Notes under the pieces: generated by a model
Database searches by the model: none
What the model was told of the DNA's origin: nothing
The model's input: only the letters and a program-made list of their open reading frames with translations
Shown here: positions 57,280-64,000 of the stretch, in pieces
Position numbering within the stretch: the stretch's first letter is position 1
How the letters are laid out: every line of letters begins with the position of its first letter
Position numbers and translations under genes: made by a program
Source: Eubacteriales bacterium
GTDB taxonomy: Bacteria > Bacillota > Clostridia > Oscillospirales > CAG-272
Assembly: GCA_034086705.1 (NCBI GenBank)
Contig: JAXDZV010000032.1
Location: 1,865 to 65,864 of the forward strand
DNA: 64,000 nucleotides
Reading direction: 5' to 3'

Positions 57280-58422
57280 ATGAAAACCTCTACGAAATTG
57301 GTTGCCGCTTTTCTGGCGGTATTGATGAGTGCATGTCTGTTTACCGCTTGTGCAAAAACAGACCAAGAAAATCCAGACGCCGACAAGGCTGCCTCTTTCT
57401 TCCTGGGGGCAACCGGTCCGCTGACCGGTGATGCTTCTTCTTACGGGATTTCCGTTAAGAACGGCGCACAGCTTGCTGTACAAGAAATCAACGCAGCAGG
57501 CGGTATTAACGGTATTCAGATTTTCTTTGATATGAAAGACGACAAGGCAACAGCAGAAGATGCCGCAACCGGCTATGACGCTTTGATGGATGCCGGCATG
57601 CAAATCTCCCTCGGCAGTGTAACCTCCGGTTCATGTGAATCTTTTGCCTCTAAGAGTGAAGCAGACAATCTGTTCTTTATCACGCCTTCTGCTTCCGCTG
57701 CGTCCGTCATTGCAGACCGCGCCAACGCTTTCCGTGTCTGCTTTGGAGACCCGGACCAGGGTACGCTCGCCGCAAAGGAAATTGCCAAGAGCTATACCAA
57801 GATCGGTGCAATTTATGACAACAGTGACCCGTATTCCAAAGGAATTTACGAAGCGTTTGACGCTGAGATGAAGAATCTCGACAAGACCTATACCGTACAG
57901 ACTTTTGACCAGGAAACCAAAAAAGACTTTTCCACACAGGTAGAAGCTCTGAAGGATTGTGATGTTATTTTTCTGCCAATCTACTACACCGAGGCCGGTT
58001 TGATCGCAAAAACCTGCTCTGCGAAAGGCTGTGCAGCGCTTTTGTACGGATGCGACGGTCTGGACGGCGTGGTTGACATGATTGATGATACCGTCACCAA
58101 TACCATCAAATATATCACACCTTTTGACGTGAACAGTACCGACGAAAAAGTCAGCTCTTTTGTGGCCGCTTATAAAAAAGCTTACAACGCAACGCCTGAC
58201 CAATTTGCAGCAGACGCCTATGATGCCGTTTATGCCATCGCGCAAGCTATGACAACTGCAAATGTCACAGATGCGAATATTTCCGCAAGGGATCTGTGCG
58301 AAAAAGTTAAGGCTGCCATCACAGCAGATTCCTTTAAGCTCGCCGGCGTCACCGGCACTATGACCTGGGACGCTTCCGGCGCCTGCAACAAGGAGCCGCA
58401 GATCGTCCAGATCAGCAAATAA
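57280..58422 (+). CDS. Branched-chain amino acid ABC transporter substrate-binding lipoprotein (LivJ/K family)
   Basis: Lipobox LFTACAK, type I periplasmic-binding fold (GATGPLTGDASSYG...), first gene of a livHMGF-type operon. Confidence 0.85.
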   Translation: MKTSTKLVAAFLAVLMSACLFTACAKTDQENPDADKAASFFLGATGPLTGDASSYGISVKNGAQLAVQEINAAGGINGIQIFFDMKDDKATAEDAATGYDALMDAGMQISLGSVTSGSCESFASKSEADNLFFITPSASAASVIADRANAFRVCFGDPDQGTLAAKEIAKSYTKIGAIYDNSDPYSKGIYEAFDAEMKNLDKTYTVQTFDQETKKDFSTQVEALKDCDVIFLPIYYTEAGLIAKTCSAKGCAALLYGCDGLDGVVDMIDDTVTNTIKYITPFDVNSTDEKVSSFVAAYKKAYNATPDQFAADAYDAVYAIAQAMTTANVTDANISARDLCEKVKAAITADSFKLAGVTGTMTWDASGACNKEPQIVQISK

Positions 58423-58448
58423 GATAAGAACACAGACGGTTTGTGGGT

Positions 58449-58500
58449 GCCGGCACGGGACATTTCCGCGCCGGCTGCAGCCGTTTTGTGCCGTTTTCCG
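58449..58500 (+). terminator. Possible intra-operon attenuating hairpin after the binding-protein gene
   Basis: GCCGGCaCGG-gacattt-CCGcGCCGGC followed by T-rich GTTTTGTGCCGTTTT. The T-tract is offset, so the call is weak. Confidence 0.3.
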
Positions 58501-58601
58501 GGCCGCGGCGCCGCTGCTCCGCGCCTTTGCTGTTTTTTGTAGACAGCTCCCTGCAGGCAGCGCTCCGCACGCCGCAGCTACCGAAGAAAGGACCTTGAAA
58601 G

Positions 58602-59465
58602 ATGAGTATTATATTGGACGGGTTAAGCCTCGGCGCCATATACGCGCTGATCGCGCTCGGCTATACCATGGTATACGGCATCGCAAAGCTGCTGAACTTT
58701 GCACATGGCGATATCATCATGGTCGGCGCTTACGCGATTCTTTGCACGCTGAATTTGTGCGGCAATGTATATGCCGCCTTTGCCGTCGCCGTTGTTTTAT
58801 GCACCGCAGCCGGCATCCTGGTTGAAAAGTTTGCCTATAAGCCGCTGCGTGGTGCCTCACCGCTGGCCGTACTGATCACCGCCATCGGCGTCAGCTTTTT
58901 GCTGCAAAGCCTTGCCCAGCTCCTTTTCGGTGCAAAATCCCGCCCGGTCTCTCTGCCTTCCTTCGGCAGCTTTTCCGTCGGCGGCATCGTTATCAATTTT
59001 TCCACGATTATCACCCTGGCAGTCGGTGCGGCTATTATGGCAGCTCTGACGCTGTTCGTTAAAAAAACACGCATCGGTAGAGCTATGCAAGCCGTTTCCG
59101 AAGACCGCGGTGCGGCACAGCTGATGGGTATTAACGTGAATGCAATCATTTCCATTACCTTTGCCATTGGCTCTGCTCTCGCTGCATTTGCCGGCCTGTT
59201 TTACCTGATGCAGATTCCATCCGTTAGTCCGACGCTGGGTTCCATGCCCGGGATTAAAGCATTTACCGCCGCCGTTATCGGTGGCATTGGCTCCATTCCC
59301 GGCGCCATGCTCGGCGGTGTCATGTTAGGCGTCATTGAGAAGCTCTGTCAGAGCATTCCGCTGATCAGCCCGTATACTACAGCTATCGAATTTGCCGTGC
59401 TGATTTTGATTTTGCTGGTACGTCCGGTGGGTCTTCTCGGCAAGAAAAAGAGAGAGAAGGTGTAA
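58602..59465 (+). CDS. livH: Branched-chain amino acid ABC transporter permease (LivH type)
   Basis: 287 aa, MSIILDGLSLGAIYALIALGYTMVYG... typical LivH N-terminus. Confidence 0.88.
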   Translation: MSIILDGLSLGAIYALIALGYTMVYGIAKLLNFAHGDIIMVGAYAILCTLNLCGNVYAAFAVAVVLCTAAGILVEKFAYKPLRGASPLAVLITAIGVSFLLQSLAQLLFGAKSRPVSLPSFGSFSVGGIVINFSTIITLAVGAAIMAALTLFVKKTRIGRAMQAVSEDRGAAQLMGINVNAIISITFAIGSALAAFAGLFYLMQIPSVSPTLGSMPGIKAFTAAVIGGIGSIPGAMLGGVMLGVIEKLCQSIPLISPYTTAIEFAVLILILLVRPVGLLGKKKREKV

Positions 59466-59470
59466 GGACG

Positions 59471-60625
59471 ATGACGATGCGGAAAAAAAGCAACATTAAA
59501 TTCAAGTATTTCGTCAATTATCTGCTTGTTGCCCTTGCGCTGATTATCTGTATTGTGCTTGGGCAAAACGGCATGCTCAGCCGCAGCGCGATGACCCTGC
59601 TGCCGCGTATCGCATACAGCATTATCCTTGCGGTTTCTCTGAATTTGGTCGTCGGTTTTCTCGGCGAACTAAGCTTAGGACATGCTGGCTTTATGTGCGT
59701 GGGTGCCTACATTGGCTGTTATTTTGCAAATTATCTGCACACCGTGCTGCAAAGTAATCTGTTGATTCTGGTGCTGTCGATGCTTTGCGGGGGCCTTGTG
59801 GCCGCTCTGTTCGGCTTTATCATTGGTTTGCCGGCTCTACGTCTCAAAGGAGATTATCTCGCAATCGTTACATTGGCGTTTGGTGAAATTGTCCGTAACG
59901 TCTTTAAAAACCTTCCCTTCTTCGGGGGCGCCATGGGCTTGAAGACAACCAAATATCCGTCTTCCTCTTTATATATCGTCGCCTTCTCGGTTGTGCTGGT
60001 GGTTCTTTTCCTGATTCAAAATCTGATTCGTTCCAAACACGGGCGTGCTATCACCGCCATCAGAGACAATGAAATTGCCGCGCGCGCCATGGGAATCAAC
60101 GTCACATATTACAAAATCGCCGTGTTTGTGCTCGCTGCTTTTTTTGCGGGACTTGCCGGCGTTCTGTACGGACATTTAAATACCCCTATTTTGTATACCT
60201 TCTTTTCTTACAATTACTCCATAGAAATTCTGGTCATGGTAGTTTTGGGCGGCATGGGCTCTGTGACCGGCTCCATCGTCGCAGCTACCCTAATCACCTA
60301 CGTCAACTTTTTGCTGCAAAGTAAGCTTTCCGGGGATCTTGCCGCAATTCGCCTTTTGGTCTATGCGCTGATTCTGATTGTTGCCGTATTGTATAACAAC
60401 GCCCCAGCGCTGCGTCCGCTGCGGGAAAAGCTGAATCTAAAACGGCTGGGAGCAAAGCTCTTTTCCCGCCGCACCCGTCCGGAGACTGTGCGCGATGACG
60501 ACGCAGCGTGGGATCGCATCGATACCAAAATCAAAATGGACGAGCTGCTGAGCGTAGAGCTACGGGCAGACCCGCAAGAACCGGACAAACCGGATAAAAC
60601 GCAACAGGAAAAGGAGACAACGTGA
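59471..60625 (+). CDS. livM: Branched-chain amino acid ABC transporter permease (LivM type)
   Basis: Multi-TM, GELSLGHAGFMCVGAY, LRLKGDYLAIVTLAFGEI; hydrophilic C-terminal tail. Confidence 0.85.
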   Translation: MTMRKKSNIKFKYFVNYLLVALALIICIVLGQNGMLSRSAMTLLPRIAYSIILAVSLNLVVGFLGELSLGHAGFMCVGAYIGCYFANYLHTVLQSNLLILVLSMLCGGLVAALFGFIIGLPALRLKGDYLAIVTLAFGEIVRNVFKNLPFFGGAMGLKTTKYPSSSLYIVAFSVVLVVLFLIQNLIRSKHGRAITAIRDNEIAARAMGINVTYYKIAVFVLAAFFAGLAGVLYGHLNTPILYTFFSYNYSIEILVMVVLGGMGSVTGSIVAATLITYVNFLLQSKLSGDLAAIRLLVYALILIVAVLYNNAPALRPLREKLNLKRLGAKLFSRRTRPETVRDDDAAWDRIDTKIKMDELLSVELRADPQEPDKPDKTQQEKETT

Positions 60626-60626
60626 T

Positions 60627-61397
60627 ATGGCGGAATACATGCTGCAAACCGAGCATCTTGGAATTTCCTTTTCCGGGCTAAAAGCCGTGCAGGACGTCAA
60701 TCTGTGTGTCAAAAAGCGGCAACTTTACGGTCTGGTCGGGCCAAACGGAGCAGGTAAAACCACGGTGTTTAATCTGCTCACCGGTGTATACCAACCGACC
60801 ACCGGCGCTTTCTATTTGGATGGCGAGAAGCTCAACGGAAAATCACAAGAAACCATCAACCACAAGGGCATCGCCCGTACATTTCAAAATATCCGCTTAT
60901 TTAATAATATGAGTGTCATCCGCAATGTTTTGGTTGGTTTGCACAATCAACCGGAATATCGCTGCGGAACCCTGCAAAGTATGCTCCGTCTACCCCGTCA
61001 CTATAAAACAGAACGCATCATGCGAGAACGCGCTAAAGAAATTTTACGCATCTTTGACCTGGAGCAGGAACGCAACAACCTCTCTTGCAACCTGCCCTAC
61101 GGCAAACAGCGTAAGCTGGAAATTGCCCGGGCACTGGCAACCAACCCCAAACTGCTTTTGCTGGATGAGCCGGCAGCGGGTATGAATCCGCATGAAACGG
61201 AAGAATTAATGGAAACAATCCGGTATATCCGGGACAGCTTTGACATGACAATTCTGCTCATTGAACACGATATGAAATTTGTTTCGGGATTGTGCGACGA
61301 GGTTACCGTGTTAAACTTCGGCACGGTATTGGCGCAAGGCGATACAAGAACAGCCCTTTCCGATCCCGAGGTCATCAAGGCGTACATCGGAGGTTAA
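60627..61397 (+). CDS. livG: Branched-chain amino acid ABC transporter ATP-binding protein (LivG type)
   Basis: GLVGPNGAGKTT, LLLLDEPAAGM, IEHDM. Confidence 0.9.
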   Translation: MAEYMLQTEHLGISFSGLKAVQDVNLCVKKRQLYGLVGPNGAGKTTVFNLLTGVYQPTTGAFYLDGEKLNGKSQETINHKGIARTFQNIRLFNNMSVIRNVLVGLHNQPEYRCGTLQSMLRLPRHYKTERIMRERAKEILRIFDLEQERNNLSCNLPYGKQRKLEIARALATNPKLLLLDEPAAGMNPHETEELMETIRYIRDSFDMTILLIEHDMKFVSGLCDEVTVLNFGTVLAQGDTRTALSDPEVIKAYIGG

Positions 61398-61400
61398 CAG

Positions 61401-62117
61401 ATGTCACAACCTTTACTCACAGTCAAAGACCTAACCGTCTATTACGGTGTGATTCAAGCACTGCGTGGCATATCCTTTTCGGTCAACCGCGGTGAAATCG
61501 TCACCCTCATCGGCGCCAACGGGGCCGGCAAAACAACAACCATGCAAAGCATTATGGGCCTCGTTCCCATCCGGTCTGGGCAAGTTCTTTTCGATGGAAA
61601 AGACATTACAAAAACGCCCTGCCATAAAATTGTACATCTGGGCATGACGCAGGTACCGGAGGGGCGGCGTGTGTTTTCAGAGCTGACCGTATACGAAAAT
61701 TTGCTCATGGGCGCTTACTCGGAATCCGACAAAAAAACGCTGCGCAAAAATTTAGACGAGATTTACGCATGGTTCCCGAGATTACAGGAACGGAAAGATC
61801 AAGTTGCAGGCACGCTTTCCGGCGGCGAACAACAGATGCTTGCGATGGGCCGTGCCATGATGAGTCGCCCTACGCTGCTAATGCTGGATGAACCCTCTAT
61901 GGGGCTTTCTCCGCTGCTGGTAGATCAAGTTTTCGACATCATCCGCAGTTTTCATAAAAACGGTACCACGGTTTTACTGGTCGAACAAAATGCAGGGAAA
62001 TCCCTTGCCATCTCTGACCGCGCATATGTACTGGAAACCGGCAGCATTGTTCTTTCCGGCAGCGGCGAAGAGTTGCTGCGCAGTGAGGATGTAAAAAAGG
62101 CATATTTGGGCGGTTGA
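61401..62117 (+). CDS. livF: Branched-chain amino acid ABC transporter ATP-binding protein (LivF type)
   Basis: LIGANGAGKTT, LSGGEQQMLAMGRA, LMLDEPSMGL. Confidence 0.9.
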   Translation: MSQPLLTVKDLTVYYGVIQALRGISFSVNRGEIVTLIGANGAGKTTTMQSIMGLVPIRSGQVLFDGKDITKTPCHKIVHLGMTQVPEGRRVFSELTVYENLLMGAYSESDKKTLRKNLDEIYAWFPRLQERKDQVAGTLSGGEQQMLAMGRAMMSRPTLLMLDEPSMGLSPLLVDQVFDIIRSFHKNGTTVLLVEQNAGKSLAISDRAYVLETGSIVLSGSGEELLRSEDVKKAYLGG

Positions 62118-62175
62118 CTGCCCGAAGGCTTGCTTTGCCGAGGAACCGGCCTTTTTACGCGAATATATCTAAGAT

Positions 62176-62215
62176 CGCGTGTCTGTGCTTTTGGCCGGAC
62201 ACGTGTTTCTTTTTT
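62176..62215 (+). terminator. Candidate intrinsic terminator after livF
   Basis: CGCGTGTC-14 nt loop-GACACGTG then TTTCTTTTTT. Confidence 0.45.
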
Positions 62216-62246
62216 CCAAACCCGCAAACAAGGGAGCGGTGTCCGT

Positions 62247-62298
62247 AAAACAGAGAATCCTCCGTATGCCCTATACCATACGGAGGATTCTCTGTTTT
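62247..62298. terminator. Perfect 22-bp-stem palindrome, bidirectional terminator-like
   Basis: AAAACAGAGAATCCTCCGTATG-ccctatac-CATACGGAGGATTCTCTGTTTT. Confidence 0.7.
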
Positions 62299-62518
62299 CC
62301 CAATTCCCGAAATTTACATAAAAACCCGCCTTTGCACCGTCCCTATAACAAGGCGGCACTGCATTTTGACCGTATCGGTTTCCTCTACGAAAGCAGAAAA
62401 CAACCTACAAAAATGCACACTGCTCCGCCAACAGAACCGAAAAGCACCCTTTTCCTTCTGAAAGTGACTTCTGCCAGATATCTCTCCGGCGGAACATCTC
62501 GCCCACAACGCCGACACT

Positions 62519-62548
62519 AACAAAGAGCCCGGGAATTGCCGGGCTCTC
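62519..62548 (-). terminator. Candidate terminator after the aconitase gene
   Basis: Minus strand AGAGCCCGG-caattc-CCGGGCTCT then TTGTT; weak T-tract. Confidence 0.4.
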
Positions 62549-62573
62549 CTGTGCGCTTGTTCTACAGCGACGG

Positions 62574-64000
62574 TTATTCCGTCTTCTGTTTTTGTGTATC
62601 ATTGACCAGGCAGCCTGCCCGCAAAATCTGCTGTTGCTCCGCGTCAAGCGGCCCCGTTGTTAAACTCAGTGTCTGTTGCGTACCATCCGGCCGAATCAGC
62701 ACCGCCTCCAACGGCTGCTGCCCACCGAGTTTTTCCCGTACGCCCGGCAACAAAATATAGTCGCCGACAGCAAAGGGCAGCATCTGCCCGTCGTACAGCA
62801 GCGGCAGCATCCCCCAGTTGATCAAATTGCTGCGATACCGCTTGGTTGCATATTCTCGGGCAATATTGGCTGCGCCTCCGAGCACGCGCTGACAGGATGC
62901 CGCCTGCTCCCGCGCTGATCCATCTCCAGGCCGATTTGCATAGATCACGCTGCCACGGCTTAACGGCGCATCATCACCAAGACGTTGGCGTATTATTTCT
63001 TTCAAAAAGGCAGGCAGCTCTTCGTCACGCGCCTGCTTCGCCCGGGCAACGTATGCCGGATCCTTTCGGGAAAGCGTAAACTCTGCAAGCCCCATAGGAT
63101 TGGAGCGATACGAAGAGGTTTCCCCGGAGGGAATGAGTTCGTCAGTGGTTGTAACCGGATCTGTGATAACCGAGCAAACCTTCAAAAGAAGATTTTCACG
63201 CAGCGGCTCAATCTTAGGCCAGTCTTTAATATTCGGCCCGATGCGTAACGGCGTTTCCGGCTGCGGCTTACCGTACCCATAATAGCATCGCCGGTCATAC
63301 ACGCTGCGGTCGAAGGTATATTCCGGGTCGGTATACGTTACTTCCATTTCAGTTGCAGGCGTCAAATACCCCCCGTTGGCAGCAGTTGCTGCGATGGAGC
63401 GTGCATCCATCAACGCCACCGCCGCAATCTGGCCAGATGCCGGTTTTGAGCCCTCCCGGTTGGGGAAGTTTCGCGTGGAGTGGCGAATCGATAGACCGCG
63501 ATTGCAGGGAACATCCCCCGCGCCAAAACACGGACCGCAGAAAGCAGTACGTTGGATACATCCTGCCTCTACCAGCGTTTGCATGACACCGGTTTGCATC
63601 AACGCCAAATTAACCGGCTGACTTGCTGGGTACACTGACAGGGAAAAGGCACCGTTTCCGGTTGAGCGGCCGCGTAAAATATCTGCAGCGGCGCACAAAT
63701 TATCATAGGTACCGCCTGCGCAGCCGGCAATCACGCCCTGGTCCACCCGCAGCTTTCCGTTTTCCAGTTTATCCGTCAGATGCAGCTCCACACCTCCCAG
63801 CTGCTCTTTGGCTCGCTGCTCGCAGGCATGCAGCACATCTTTGGGATTGTCCCGTACATCTGCGATTTTATATACAAGGCTGGGATGAAAAGGCATAGCA
63901 ATCATCGGCTCTACCGCAGACAAATCAATAACAACCGCACGGTCATACAATGCACCCTGCTGCGGCTGCAACGGGCGATACTCCTGCGCACGGCCGTGCT
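62574..64000 (-). CDS. Aconitate hydratase, C-terminal ~475 aa (gene continues past the window end)
   Basis: FCGPCFGAGDVP (cluster Cys region), IRHSTRNFPNREGS, swivel domain GSAREQAASCQRVLGGAANIAREYATKRYRSNLINWGMLPL. Confidence 0.85.
   Translation of the reverse strand, partial: HGRAQEYRPLQPQQGALYDRAVVIDLSAVEPMIAMPFHPSLVYKIADVRDNPKDVLHACEQRAKEQLGGVELHLTDKLENGKLRVDQGVIAGCAGGTYDNLCAAADILRGRSTGNGAFSLSVYPASQPVNLALMQTGVMQTLVEAGCIQRTAFCGPCFGAGDVPCNRGLSIRHSTRNFPNREGSKPASGQIAAVALMDARSIAATAANGGYLTPATEMEVTYTDPEYTFDRSVYDRRCYYGYGKPQPETPLRIGPNIKDWPKIEPLRENLLLKVCSVITDPVTTTDELIPSGETSSYRSNPMGLAEFTLSRKDPAYVARAKQARDEELPAFLKEIIRQRLGDDAPLSRGSVIYANRPGDGSAREQAASCQRVLGGAANIAREYATKRYRSNLINWGMLPLLYDGQMLPFAVGDYILLPGVREKLGGQQPLEAVLIRPDGTQQTLSLTTGPLDAEQQQILRAGCLVNDTQKQKTE

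Noticed and set aside
56857-57603. 248-aa minus-strand ORF and 82-aa plus-strand ORF (56913..57161) covering the liv leader
   Set aside because: The minus ORF runs antisense across the promoter, both terminators and the start of the binding-protein gene. The plus ORF lacks an RBS and has no run of Leu/Ile/Val codons that would suggest a leader peptide.
1-64000. Mobile elements, prophage, defence islands, toxin-antitoxin pairs, rRNA/tRNA genes
   Set aside because: I found no transposase, integrase, recombinase, restriction, Cas or phage-structural motifs in any credible frame. No intergenic region shows a tRNA T-arm (GGTTCGAATCC-like) or rRNA-like sequence.

Overview
GC-rich, densely coding chromosomal segment of a Firmicutes/Clostridia-type anaerobe (taxon is an inference from gene content, gene order and consensus sigma-A-type promoters). 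I count about 60 protein genes, almost all housekeeping, and see no rRNA, tRNA, CRISPR array, transposase or integrase. Left to right: a decayed ABC transporter; Gfo/Idh/MocA oxidoreductase and mnmE; the rpmG-secE-nusG-rplK-rplA operon (rpmG is missing from the ORF track and was found by hand translation); two divergent alpha/beta hydrolases; a GT2-GtrA fusion; a fatty-acid kinase/PlsX operon (DegV-DegV-FakA-PlsX). Divergent from that operon is an unusual translationally coupled cassette: alpha/beta hydrolase, adenylation-carrier didomain, two PlsC acyltransferases, a stand-alone ACP and an LRAT/PLAAT-like protein. It is followed without a terminator by a YgiQ radical-SAM gene and an HD hydrolase. 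Next come a small AT-rich islet with a methyltransferase and a ~9.4 kb formate/purine operon (FNT channel, PurO-type IMP cyclohydrolase, AICAR transformylase, purD, purL, fhs) behind a ZTP (pfl-motif) riboswitch. Then a run of housekeeping genes: M18 aminopeptidase, SLT, coaE, hisS, tsaC, prfA, DUF951, Re-citrate-synthase-like gene, yqeG, lepA, hemW, rsmG, pgeF, rarA, pepF and cinA. These are followed by a zinc-ribbon membrane protein with 13 PQQSA repeats and an operon of an M24-like protein lacking metal ligands, an ASRT-like protein, a CE4-like deacetylase and a PRTase. The window ends with a PrsA-like lipoprotein, a livJHMGF-type branched-chain amino acid ABC operon behind a ~400-nt leader with two terminators, and a partial aconitase. 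The best candidate for an undescribed system is the carrier-protein-dependent acyl-transfer cassette at 13.9-18.8 kb. The second candidate is the unclassified structured leader at 56.85-57.28 kb. All family assignments rest on motifs read from the translations; no database search was possible.
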